Assembly: GCA_964016885.1 (NCBI GenBank)
Contig: OZ024763.1
Span: 13,330,001 to 13,394,000, forward strand
Length of the DNA stretch: 64,000 bases
Reading direction: 5' to 3'
Source of the DNA: Eledone cirrhosa
Taxonomy: Eukaryota
Shown: positions 36,018-46,514 of the stretch, in pieces
Position numbering within the stretch: the first letter of the stretch is position 1
Layout of the letters: every line of letters starts with the position of its first letter
The notes under the pieces: model-generated
Database searches by the model: none
Told to the model about the DNA's origin: nothing
The model's input: only the letters and a program-made list of their open reading frames with translations
Program-made: the position numbers and the translations under genes

Positions 36018-39000
36018 CCTCCCTCCCTCTCTTCTCTCTATCTCTCTGTCTTTCTACAGCCAGCAATATTGGTCTGAAGAACAATACCTTAACATCAGTA
36101 TGAGTGGCCAGTTACAGCCGGTTTGAATAGAAAGAGGTGAGGGAAATCTGGCTGGATATGACCGGTTTAAATGCTAAAGGGTTAACCCACTCACCCTCAC
36201 TCTTTCTCTTCCATTCACCGTCGCTCTCCCTTATTCTCTCCCTCACTCACTCTCTCTCTCTCTCCCCCCCTCTCTCTCTCTCTCTCTCTCTCTTCTTCTC
36301 TCTTTCTATCTCTCTCTCTTTCTACAGCCAGCAAAGTTGGTCTGAAGGAAGATTCAACACCAAACTGTGTTAATGTCTATGCTAAGAGTAAGCTAGCCTC
36401 TGAAGAACTCTTTAAAGACGACCCCAGTTGCCTCATTATACGCACTTCTGTAGGTAGTCCTTTCATCTTTTTATTGTATTTTTGTTTTTGCTTTTTTTTT
36501 TTTTTATTAGTGGACTGTGGTCATGCTGGGGCACCACATTCTTTTTTTTTTTTTTTACTTTTTACAAGTCAAGTTTCAGTCACAGGACTGTGGCCATGAT
36601 CGGGCACTGGGGCACCACATTTTTTTTTTTTTTACTAGTTTCAGTCACGTGACTGTGGCCATGCTGGGGCACCACATTCTTTTTTTTTCATTTTTTTTTT
36701 ACTGGTTTCAGTCATTAGATTGTGGCCATGCTGTGGCACTATTCAGTGTAACAATACTAAAACTTTACCATCTTACAATCTGTACTGGGTGTATTTTATT
36801 ATAGAACCAACACTACCACTTTACAGAGTGTACTGGGTGTATTTTATTATGGAACCAACACTACCACATTAGAGAATCCAGAGTGCATTATATTGTGACA
36901 TCAGCTCTAAAATGTTACAGAGTGTATTAGGTGCTTTTTATCAGAGTGTACTGTGTACATTTTATCAGGGCATCAACACTACCACTTTACAGAGTCTACT
37001 CGGTGCATCTCGTGGTACCAGCATTACTACTTTAAGAGCAAGCTAGGTGCAATTTTATTGTGGCACCAGCACTATCACTTTACAGAGTGTACTAGGTGCA
37101 TTTTATTGTGGCACCAGCACTATCACTTGAAGAGTGTACTAGGTGCATTTTATTGTAGCATCAGCACTGTCACTTTACAGAGTGTACTAGGTGCATTTTA
37201 TTGTAGCATCAGCACTGTCACTTTACAGAGTGTACTAGGTGCATTTTATTGTAGCATGAGCACTGTCACTTTACAGAGTGTACTAGGTGCATTTTATTGT
37301 GGCACCAGCACTCACTTTACAGAGTGTACTAGGTGCATTTTATTGTGGCACCAGCACTGTCACTTTACAGAGTGTACTAGGTGCATTTTATTGTGGCACC
37401 AGCACTATCACTTGAAGAGTGTACTAGGTGCATTTTATTGTAGCATGAGCACTGTCACTTTACAGAGTATACTAGGTGCATTTTATTGTGGCACCAGCAC
37501 TCACTTTACAGAGTGTACTAGGTGCATTTTATTGTGGCACCAGCACTGTCACTTTACAGAGTGTACTAGGTGCATTTTATTGTGGCACCAGCACTATCAC
37601 TTGAAGAGTGTACTAGGTGCATTTTATTGTAGCATGAGCACTGTCACTTTACAGAGTATACTAGGTGCATTTTATTGTGACACCAGCACTCACTTTACAG
37701 AGTGTACTAGGTGCATTTTATTGTGGCACCAACACTATCACTTTACAGAGTGTACTAGGTGCATTTTATTGTGGCACCAGCACTATCACTTGAAGAGTGT
37801 ACTAGGTGCATTTTATTGTGGCACCAGCACTGTCACTTTACAGAGTTGGTACCAGCACTAGAGAGGTTATCATACTCAGAAAGACTGACGAGTATTGTCT
37901 CCATTCAATTGCCAACCTCTTTACAGAGTGTACCGGGTGCGTGATATAGTGTCTCACCAACACTAGAGTTGTTTTTATTTGAAGTATGTGTATAATTTTA
38001 TTTTCTGTGAATATTTTCAGGGTGTGTATGGACCAGATATTAAAAAAAAGAACTTTGTGTACCAAGTTATAGGAAACCTCCTGGCAGGGAACAAGTTGAC
38101 TCTGCTCACAGATGAAGTAAATTCCTTATTTTTCATTTTAACCCTCTAGCATTTAAACCAGCCATATCCGGCCAGAGTTCTCTCACCTCTTTCTGTTCAA
38201 ACCAGCCGTAACTAGTCACTCATACTGATGTTAAGGTATTGTTCTCACAATTAATATCAAAATCTCATAGATTTAATATTATGTGAGATAAATTGAGGCA
38301 CATGGCTTAGTGGTTAGAGCATTGGCCTTGCAATCGAAAGGTTGTGAGTTCAATTCTCAGACCGGGTGATGTGTTGTTGCCTTGAGCAAGACACTTTATT
38401 TCACATTGCTCCAGTTTACTCAGCTGTAGAAATGAGATGATAGGGACTGCGGTCCCTATCATTCCACTGCAAAGTGGTCATGGAGGTGCCACGGCAAAAA
38501 AGCACCCAGCACTCACTGTAAATGTGGTTGGTGTTAGGAAGGGCATCCAGCTGTAGAAAACCCGCCAGATAGTCCTATGCGAGCAAGACAACCACTCTTG
38601 CCTCAAGTGGGAAAACCCCCGTCCAAACCCATGCAAGCGTGGAACAGGGACGTTAAACGATGATGATGATGATGATGAAGGGATGAACACAGATATAACT
38701 ATATATGTGTTCCAATTGCAAATGACCGAGTTAGCTCATTTGAAATTGGAACACATGTAACACTGTAAACGTGGTTGGTGTTAGGAAGGGCATCCAGCCG
38801 TAGAAAACCCGCCAGACAGTCCTATACGAGCAAGACAACCAATCTTGCCTCGCATGGGACAATTCCCGTCTAAACTCATGCTAGCGTGGAAGATAGACGT
38901 TAAACGATGATGATGATGTATACTTATATCTGTGTTCACCCCTCTCATATATCCAATTGTATTACATGGCTCGGAAATATTCCCTTCTTTGAGCTATTTA

Positions 39001-42000
39001 ATTGTAAAAGACTATTTTGAGTTTCTAACTCAATATATGATATATATATATATATAAACATGGAGGCACATGGCTTAGTGGTTAGAGCATTGGACTTGCA
39101 ATCGAAAGGTTGTGAGTTCAATTCTCAGACCGGGTGATGTGTTGTTTCCTTGAGCAAGCCACTTTATTTCCCATTGCTCCAGTTTACTCAGCTGTAGAAA
39201 TGAGATGATAGGGACTGGGGTCCATATCATTCCACTGCAAAAGTGGTCGTGGAAGTGCCACAGCAAAAAAGCACTCAGCACTCACTGTAAATGAGGTTGG
39301 TGTTAGGAAGGGCATCCAGCTGTAGAAATCAGGCCAGAATCAGTTCCCGTCCCACCCTTGCAAGCAGGGAAAAGCGGACGTAAAATGATGATGATGATGA
39401 TGATGATGAAACAAATGTAAGTGCATTTTGCTACTTTCTGCTTACACAGAAAATGAGCACCAGTTTCCTCTCAGATTTTACTATTTCATTGCAGATCCAG
39501 TGTCCAGTTTACAGTGAGGACCTTTGTAGAGCTACATCCCTACTGATGGAGAAAGGGTGTTCAGGAATTTACCATATTGTAGGACCTGAGGCATTCAACA
39601 AATGCTCATTTGCAAAAGAGATTGTAAGTTATTTATGTTGTGGTGTTGATGATGATGATGATTATGGATGTATGGATGTATGTGTGTATGTGTGTGTGCT
39701 TGTGTGTGTATGTGTGTATGTGTGTGTGCTTGTGTGTGTATGTGCATATGTAGATCCCAAGTGATATTGGGAGTAATCAAAGTAACTAAGGTAATCAATA
39801 CATTAGTAGAGTGAGAACAACTAAATTTAATAGAGAAATGGCTTCTACAGGACTAGAACTGGTTCATTCGTAAGAAGTCATCAGGAATGCCGGATGACAT
39901 AATAAGTCGTTAATATTTATAGGTTTCATAGTGGTTGGGGGTGGTAGTGGTGATTGAGGCATATTTTTAGGATAGTAGCCCAAGAAGAAAACAGCCTCTC
40001 TATGGGTCTGACAATAATGTCTGGGACTTCAGTAAGTTGGAGGGCCTCTATCATCCAAGAGTGGGGAACAGAATTGAAAGCTTTCCTGTAGTCCAGCCAG
40101 ACTATAGTCATATTCCTCCTAAGTTGTCGCACCTCCGACATCGCAGTTTTGTTGATTAGGAGTTGTTCAGCACATCCCCAAACCCTTTTCTTTCCAGGCG
40201 CTTGTTCATCTGTGATGATGTTATTATTTTCACAGTGATCTTGGAGGAATAGGTTCAGGCAGGCTGTATACATCTTATACATCAGGTTCTGGCATGTAAT
40301 GGATCGGTAGTTTTTTGCCAAGTGGGTGTCTTTGTTCTTGGGGACCAGTAACGTTTGTGCTAATGTCAACCATTCTGGTATAAGTGTATCTCCCTTAAGA
40401 ACTTGTTGGTAGAGGTCAGTAAGATACCTCCGATAGAATATTAGTTTTTTGTACCAGTAGCCGACAATCATGTCTCTTCCTGGTGTTTTCTTATCTTGGA
40501 GTTTTTCTATCACAGTCTCAAGGGTACCCTCACTTATTTCGTATGTTTTTGTTGTAGTGTAGGAACAATAGTTCTTTCGGATTTCTCTTAGCCGCACTGC
40601 ATCTTGATTGAAATTCTTCTTTTCACCCCATATTTGTATGTATGTGTGTATGTATGTATGTATATATATATATGTATATATATATGTATATATGTATGTA
40701 TGTATATATATATGTATGGTCGGGTCGTTGGCTACTAAATTGGCAACCTCACCAAGTTTACTTGGTGAGGAGGGTGATTTTGGACACCCTGCTGGACAAA
40801 AAACAAAACCTGACAAAAGGAGGAAGAAATCATAAGAGTCAAACGGTCATCCCAAAGTGTGTAAATATGTATATAGATATATACATGTGTATATATATAT
40901 ATGTATATATGTGTATACTTGTATACACATATATACAAGGGTGGTGGATTGGCAGTATCGGTAGAGGGTCGGACGTCATGCTTTCCAGCATAGTTACGTC
41001 CCTTTACGATCTGAGTTCAAATCCCGCCGAGGTTGACTTTGCCTTTCATCCTTACGGGGTCGATAAAATAAAGTACCAGTAATGCACTGGTAATTGCTGG
41101 CCTTGTGCCTAAAGTAGAAACAATTATATGTGTATACTTGTATACAAATGTATATATATGCGCGGGGACATAGAAATAATTGGGCTGGATATCTGATTGC
41201 GCAGTTAAACCACTGGGAGTGAAGGACCCCTAGCCTTTGTCAGGGCAATCTTCTAGGAAAAGGCAACTCAGGAAACTGGGATAACTCCGATATAAAACCT
41301 GCGGCTCAGTAGTTACCGATGATGTTGTTCTTTTCTTCTTTTCGGGTTATAGCTACTGTCGCTCAGAGAGTGGGATTGGCTCAGTGCACAGTCTTTCCTC
41401 ACTTTAAAAAAAATCTTCACGCACAGGCATTGCACGATAGAATTAATTGATAATTATTAATAATGTTATATCGTGCAATGGCCATACTCGATAACGAAGG
41501 GGCAGCCATCATCATATATGTATGTATGTATGTATATATATATAGATATAACGCCTGCAACCCTGATGGTATCCATTGATGTTGACTTGTTCTTCTTTTT
41601 GGTAAATATCATCTTGGTTAAGAGAGTGGGACTGGCTTTGTGCAGTGCCTTAGCTCACTATAAAAGCTTCACGGCACAGGCATTGCTTTGTATCTGGAGA
41701 TCTCTGCACTTGTCGTCACATGGTACCATGGGCCCAGCACTATGTGTCAATAATTGTCACAAGTGTAGTGTTTGTACCAGAGTTTTCAAGTCGCTGGCTG
41801 GACTAAAAAGTCACACTCGTTCAGCGCATCTGTAGGGGTTCTCCTACATGGATATAAAGTAGTGGCCGTACTCGAAAACGAGTTGGCAGCCACCATATAT
41901 ATATATACATATATATATATATGTATGCATGTATATATATATATATATGTATGCATGTATATATATATATATATATATATATATGCATGTATGTATATAT

Positions 42001-43403
42001 ATATATATGTATGCATGTATGTATATATATGTATGCATGTATGTATATATATATATATGTATGCATGTATGTATATATATGTATGCATGTATATATATAT
42101 ATATATATATGTATGCATGTATGTATATATATGTATGCATGTATGTATATATATGTATGCATGTATGTATATATATGTATGCATGTATATATATATATAT
42201 ATATGTATGCATGTATATATATGTATGCATGTATATATATGTATGCATGTATATATCTATATGTATGCATGCATGTATATATATGTATGCATGCATGTAT
42301 ATATATATATGTATGTATGCATGTATATATATATATGTATGCATGTATATATATATATGTATGCATGTATATATATATATGTATGCATGTATATATATAT
42401 ATATATGTATGCATGTATATATATATATATATGTATGCATGTATATATATATATATGTATGCATGTATATATATATATATATATATGTATGCATGTATAT
42501 ATATATATATATGTATGCATGTATATATATATATGTATGCATGTATATATATATATATGTATGCATGTGTATATATATATATATATATGCATGCATGTAT
42601 ATATATATATATATGTATGCATGTGTATATATATATATATATATATGTATGCATGTATATATATATATGTATGCATGTATATATATATGTATGCATGAAT
42701 ATATGTATGCATATATGTATGCATGTATATATATATGTATATATATATATATATATAAATATATATATAAAGTATACACACACACACACACACACACACA
42801 CTCTTTCTGACCTGTGCCTAAATATAAAACCAATAATTATTTTGTGAGGTTTGTTATAACTGTTTTTATTGTTGCTGAAGACTTAGTTATTGGATTATTG
42901 TGGTAGAGGTTTATATGGAAGTTTATCCTTCTCTGAAATTTCCAGGCTGAGTTTTTCAACCTCAACACTTCGTTGATCATTCCAATGACATCGGAAGAAC
43001 TCAAGTTGGCCGCAGAAAGGCCAAAGTTTGCGGCGTTGTCGACAGAGAAGTTCCGGTAAGTAACATCAACATCATCATTATCATCATCATCATTATCATC
43101 ATCATCATCATCAACACCAGCATCATTGCCAACAGCATCATCATCATCATCATCATCATCATTATCATCATTATCATCATTATCATCATTATCATCATTA
43201 TCATCATCATCATCATCATCAACACCAGCATCATTGCCAACAGCATTATCATCATCATCATCATTATCATCATCATCATCATTATCATCATTATCATCAT
43301 TATCATCATTATCATCATCATCATCATTATCATCATTATCATCATTATCATCATTATCATCATCATCATCATCATCAACACCAGCATCATTGCCAACAGC
43401 ATT

Positions 43404-43465
<62 letters not shown>

Positions 43466-43537
43466 TATCATCATCATCATTATCATCATTATCATCATTA
43501 TCATCATCATCATCATTATCATCATTATCATCATTAA

Positions 43538-43591
<54 letters not shown>

Positions 43592-46514
43592 TATCATCAT
43601 TATCATCATTATCATCATTATCATCATTATCATCATTATCATCATCATCATTATCATCATCATCACTGCCATCAACACTATCATCATCATCATCACTACC
43701 ACCAACACTATCATCATCATCATCATCATCACCAATATCACCATCTCCACTATCATAATCACCGTTGGCATGGTTTCTAAAGCTGGACGTCCTTCCTAAT
43801 GCTGACCAGTTTGTAAAGTGTCCCAGGTGAATTTTATTATGACATCGTCACTACCACTTTACAGAGTGTACTGGGTGCATTTCATCATGACACCAACACA
43901 ACCACATTAGAGAGTGGGCTGGGTCATGGCACTAGTACTACCACTTTATAGAGTGGGCTGGGTGCATTTTATTGTGGCACCAGGACTCTCCTTTTACAGT
44001 GTTTACTAAGTGTATTTTATCATAGAATCAGCACTACCACTTTATAGAGTGTAGTGGGTGCGTTTTATTGTGGCACCATTATAACCACGTCACAAAGTGT
44101 ATTGGGTGTATTCTATCGTGGCACTAGCACTGCTACATTAGAATATCCTGGCTGCATTTTATCTTGGCATCAGCACTATTACCTTACAACCACTTTACAG
44201 AGTGTACTGGGTGTACTTCATAATGACCATTAGCACTAAATCTTTACTGAGTGTACTAGTTTTCATTTTATCTTGGCCCCAGTACTAAAAAAGTTAAGTT
44301 GTTGACTGGACCAAAGGGTTCTCTCTACGTTATGTTTTCTCTGTTTTTCCATTACTTTACCACATATAGTATAAACATATTTGTGAAGGTGTGTGGCCTG
44401 GTAAATATGTTGGACTTAAGATCATAATATCATGGGTTCGATTCCTTAGACTGGGTTGTGTGTTGTGTTCTTGAGCAAAACACTTCATTTCACGTTGCTC
44501 CAGTACACTCAGCTGAAAATGAGTACCAGCAATAGCTGTGGGGTGGGACTTAAACCTGTGATAGACTGACAACCTGTCAAGAGGGAAATATTGTACTCTT
44601 GGCTGCTTAACCACAAGGAAACCAGGATAAGCAGCAGCCTAATGAGCATCAGAGCTTAAGACAGGCTTTAACTTAACATTATACATCATCATCATCATTT
44701 TACGTTCGCTTTTCCCTACTTGCAAGGGTTGGACAGGTCCTATTCAGCTCATCATCTCTCTACTTGTCACAGTCCTTCGTCGTCTCCTCCGGGAGTTTCA
44801 GCGATCTGAGGTCTGCTCTCACCACCTCCGCCCATGTTTTTCGTGGTCTACCTCTACTGATTCTTCCCTCCACATATACTTTACATGAAGCCAGTCCATC
44901 ACAGAGTTATGGCCAGCATGTAGTATTGTACTCTCAGCTGCTTAACACCAAGCAAACTTGGATGAGCACCGGATTAATCAGCTTCGGAGTTTGGAACAGA
45001 CTTTAACCCTGCTTCTGACTGACGTCCTATCCAGGGGTGAGTCCTGTACTCTGTCACTTAACACCAAGGAAACTAGGATAAGATCCAGGCTAATGAGCTT
45101 CGGAGTTTGGAACAGACTTTAACCCTGCATCTGACTGACGTCCTATCCAGGGGTGAGTCCTGTACTCTGTCACTTAACACCAAGGAAACTAGGATAAGAT
45201 CCAGGCTAATGAGCTTCGGAGTTTGGAACAGACTTTAACCCTGCATCTGACTGACGTCCTGTCCAGGGGTGAGTCCTGTACTCTGTCACTTAACACCAAG
45301 GAAACTAGGATAAGATCCAGGCTAATGAGCTTCGGAGTTTGGAACAGACTTTAACTCTGCATCTGACTGACGTCCTGTCCAGAAGTCCTGTACTCTGTCA
45401 CTTAACACCAAGGAAACTGATGAGCCTCTAAGATCGAGAGACAAACTTTAGACATTTTATTTTTAATCATATACAATTTTATGTATTTATGTGCCTGTTT
45501 TTCAATATTCTTGATGTGCAATCATATATTGAAACAACTATTGTTATATTATCATCATCATCATCATCATTTTACATCCACTTTTCCCTGCTTGCAAGGG
45601 TGGGATGGGTCCTATTCAGCACAACATCTCTCCATTCATCACGGTCCTTTGTCATCTCATCCATGAGCTTCAGCAATCTGAGGTCTTATTTCACCACCTC
45701 CGCCCATGATTTTCGTGGTCTTCCTCTACTGTGTTTTCCTTCCACTGGGATGTCTTGGCACTTCTTTACCCAGCGGTCGTCCTCCATGCACACATGTCCA
45801 TACCATCTCAGCCTTCTCTCCTGCACACTACAGCTTATCCCTCTTATACCCAGTTTCTCTCTCAACACATCACATGTCCATACCATCTCAGCCTTCTCTC
45901 CTGCACACTACAGCTTATCCCTCTTATACACAGTTTATATAAATTTAAATAATTTTAAAAGCCATACAATGCATTAGAAAATTAAAGGTGGCAAGATAAC
46001 AATAGAATCTTACCTTAGCAAATTTTATAATCCCAAATATTTTTGGGCTTAAAAACCCATTATCAAGGGAGTATCTCTGTAATGGTGTTAAAGGATTGGT
46101 CAGAGATTAGTTATTGTTAAGAAGGCAGATTTAATTTAAATGTAAAGATATTGTTATATTTGGGGACGATCATGTTGCCAGTATTGCTAATAAAAAGAAA
46201 CACACACACTGTATGATTTTCACTTTATTTTTATTATTTATTAGTTAGTTCGTCAAAGTTCTTTTGTCACACATTCTGTAACCTCCTCAATGTCTATCTG
46301 TTCTCATTTATGCCTCCTCTTCTTTCTGGTCTTAATCTGTTATTCCATCTCGTCTTTAACATGACCATTCCCAAATATACCAACATGTGTAAATTGTTTT
46401 ATTTCTATTTCCAGCCAAGAGTTCCCAGGCTTTAAGTTCCACAGTGTCTCTGATGCTCTGAAAGACTGGCGGCAGACACAACTGAAATGTGGCAAGATTT
46501 TCCCTGAACTGTGA
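20584..46514 (+). CDS. rmlC-rmlD: Spliced bifunctional RmlC/RmlD fusion (dTDP/NDP-4-dehydrorhamnose 3,5-epimerase plus 4-reductase), 11 coding exons, 506 aa
   Basis: Exons 20584-20751, 23474-23698, 27447-27645, 28112-28229, 29050-29155, 33521-33668, 36328-36449, 38021-38116, 39495-39623, 42946-43055 and 46415-46514 total 1521 nt. All introns are GT-AG, phases are compatible (0,0,1,2,0,1,0,0,0,2) and there is no internal stop. RmlC motifs: [43 protein letters not shown]. RmlD motifs: [52 protein letters not shown]. Confidence 0.9.
20860..21120 (-). mobile_element. Helitron-like non-autonomous fragments
   Basis: Minus strand starts TCTATATATCTAAAA followed by (GTCT)n. 20864-20890 matches an internal part of the 14819 Helitron. 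Confidence 0.5.
21380..21442 (+). ncRNA. Type I hammerhead ribozyme motif in RmlC/D intron, sense orientation
   Basis: ttttat-CTGACGA-g..gtactg/cagtac..c-GAAA-tatata-TA-ataaaa. Confidence 0.7.
21753..21807 (-). ncRNA. Type I hammerhead ribozyme motif
   Basis: Minus strand reads actgc-CTGAAGA-ggtcacagcca aaga tggctgtcacc-GAAA-tatata-TA-gcagt. Perfect stem I and long stem II. Confidence 0.75.
22540..22990 (+). mobile_element. Mariner transposase remnant
   Basis: [35 protein letters not shown]...GQTVN..YY.EVL..FR and HQNNAP motifs, with frameshifts. Confidence 0.85.
23474..23698 (+). CDS. rmlC: RmlC/D coding exon 2, catalytic cupin core ([36 protein letters not shown]...[17 protein letters not shown])
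   Basis: Acceptor ctgcag|CTA and donor CAG|gtcagc. Hallmark RmlC RGLH, K, DVVVDxR, HGY and Y residues. Confidence 0.92.
24112..27162. mobile_element. hAT (Charlie-like) MITE enclosing a 2.8-kb tandem array
   Basis: TIRs CAGTGGTTCCCAAC / GTTGGGAATCACTG. 8-bp flanks ttctatat / ctttatat match at 6 of 8 positions with central TA. Confidence 0.75.
24230..27050. repeat. 84-87-bp minisatellite, about 33 units
   Basis: Unit gatgccagatgtacaataacatgtg(tg)gaggaggtgagacaggagtttctgacagtaatgtctaccaaagttgccttggtgtagg. Confidence 0.97.
27447..27645 (+). CDS. rmlC-rmlD: RmlC/D coding exon 3: RmlC C-terminus (IDWP...ISEKD), linker, start of RmlD Rossmann fold ([11 protein letters not shown])
   Basis: Polypyrimidine tract with ttag|GGA acceptor, and donor CAAG|gttagc. 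Open frame; not in the ORF track because it lacks a start codon. Confidence 0.88.
27740..28020. repeat. 12-bp tandem repeat
   Basis: gtctgttgacag drifting to gtctattggct-type units. Confidence 0.9.
28112..28229 (+). CDS. rmlD: RmlC/D coding exon 4 ([11 protein letters not shown]...[10 protein letters not shown])
   Basis: Acceptor ttccag|TT completes GQVG; donor AA|gtacgg. The LD motif is at the RmlD-like position. Confidence 0.82.
28345..28672. repeat. 95-bp tandem repeat, about 3.5 units
   Basis: acattgtttc recurs at 28441, 28536 and 28631. Confidence 0.85.
29050..29155 (+). CDS. rmlD: RmlC/D coding exon 5 ([35 protein letters not shown])
   Basis: Acceptor tttttctag|G, donor ATG|gtttgt. 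Matches the RmlD PDxIVNAAAxTxVDxAE segment. Confidence 0.87.
29470..30228. repeat. 50-bp minisatellite, about 15 units
   Basis: Unit cactttacagtgtggactgggtgattcttttgtcatgacacctacacgac. Confidence 0.97.
31241..32215 (+). mobile_element. 5'-truncated RTE-clade LINE
   Basis: [32 protein letters not shown] and GRPRKTW motifs; (GAT)n tail; internal stops. Confidence 0.9.
33521..33668 (+). CDS. rmlD: RmlC/D coding exon 6 (AYLINKDS...[14 protein letters not shown]...DML)
   Basis: Acceptor ttccag|GCT, donor TAG|gtatgt. AYxIN and STxYVF motifs. Confidence 0.9.
33683..35255. repeat. 48-bp minisatellite, about 33 units
   Basis: Unit ttaaccctttcattaccatatttctaatgaaagacactgtctatgtca. Confidence 0.97.
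35363..35573 (+). mobile_element. piggyBac-like MITE family
   Basis: 14-bp TIR CCCTTTAGCATTTA / TAAATGCTAAAGGG with a TTAA flank. Other copies at 1297-1502, a split copy at 24090/27170-27368 and 38138-38290(-). A second TTAA-CCC family lies at 46748-47140. Confidence 0.7.
35465..36347 (+). repeat. About 300-bp tandem triplication including the exon-7 splice acceptor
   Basis: Three units of MITE end, (CT)n and ctacag|ccagcaa..tggtctgaag. Confidence 0.92.
36328..36449 (+). CDS. rmlD: RmlC/D coding exon 7 ([27 protein letters not shown]...LIIRTS)
   Basis: Acceptor ctacag|CC, donor TCT|gtaggt. SDR catalytic YxxxK (YAKSK). Confidence 0.9.
36770..37850. repeat. 49-51-bp minisatellite
   Basis: cactttacagagtgtactaggtgcattttattgtggcaccagcact units, with a four-unit higher-order pattern. 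Confidence 0.92.
38021..38116 (+). CDS. rmlD: RmlC/D coding exon 8 ([32 protein letters not shown])
   Basis: Acceptor ttttcag|GGT, donor GAA|gtaaat. RTSxVYG...NFV...D motif. Confidence 0.88.
38294..38680 (+). mobile_element. tRNA-derived SINE family B with LINE-type (GAT)n tail
   Basis: tggcttagtggttagag A box, gagttcaattctc B box, ccttgagcaagacactt core, and gttaggaagggcatccag...(gat)n tail. Copies at 39061-39410 and 49402-49742, related copy at 44385-44680. Tail-only copies at 1-150, 9955-10200, 14490-14730, 20270-20430, 29238-29460, 38760-38918 and 49155-49395. Confidence 0.82.
39495..39623 (+). CDS. rmlD: RmlC/D coding exon 9 ([13 protein letters not shown]...[20 protein letters not shown])
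   Basis: Acceptor ttgcag|ATC, donor ATT|gtaagt. PxYxxDL...GIYH...FAxxI motif. Confidence 0.9.
39955..40630 (-). mobile_element. Reverse-transcriptase fragment of an R4/Dong-like non-LTR retrotransposon
   Basis: [21 protein letters not shown]...NYRSITC...MYK, EQLLIN and [15 protein letters not shown] motifs. Confidence 0.8.
41895..42800. repeat. (TA)n/TATGCATG compound microsatellite; similar arrays at 18770-18935, 19535-20130, 55600-56310, 57355-58075 and 63727-64000; (GT)n at 47381-47506
   Basis: Direct inspection of the sequence. Confidence 0.95.
42946..43055 (+). CDS. rmlD: RmlC/D coding exon 10 ([36 protein letters not shown])
   Basis: Acceptor ttccag|GCT, donor CG|gtaagt. AxRPxxxxLxxxK motif. 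Confidence 0.88.
43062..43760. repeat. (ATC/ATT)n trinucleotide array just after the exon-10 donor
   Basis: Direct inspection of the sequence. Confidence 0.95.
44980..45420. repeat. 116-bp tandem repeat, about 4 units
   Basis: gagcttcggagtttggaacag at 45095, 45211 and 45327. Confidence 0.9.
45555..45935 (-). mobile_element. RTE LINE 3' fragment; a second short copy at 44685-44870
   Basis: LRWYGHV...GRPRKSW on the minus strand, with the same tail as the 31241 element. Confidence 0.85.
46415..46514 (+). CDS. rmlD: RmlC/D terminal coding exon 11 ([33 protein letters not shown])
   Basis: Acceptor ctatttccag|C matches phase 2; ends in TGA at 46512-46514. Length fits the RmlD C-terminal helix. 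Confidence 0.72.

Noticed and set aside
38294-38365. tRNA-like sequences (also at 1071, 39061 and 49402)
   Set aside because: The A and B boxes continue into shared SINE bodies and tails, and there is no intact cloverleaf.
41772-43771. Long YI/CM/poly-M/poly-S ORFs (also 19460-20240, 55559-58096 and 63553-64000)
   Set aside because: Translations of microsatellites.
27600-46514. MAT2B (methionine adenosyltransferase II beta) as the identity of the SDR exons
   Set aside because: MAT2B is RmlD-like but has no N-terminal RmlC cupin. Here the two domains share an exon and the GATGLLG-type MAT2B start is not seen. A phylogeny is still needed for formal exclusion.
20584-46514. Bacterial contamination or symbiont origin of the rml sequence
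   Set aside because: The coding sequence is split by ten spliceosomal introns filled with host SINEs and microsatellites.
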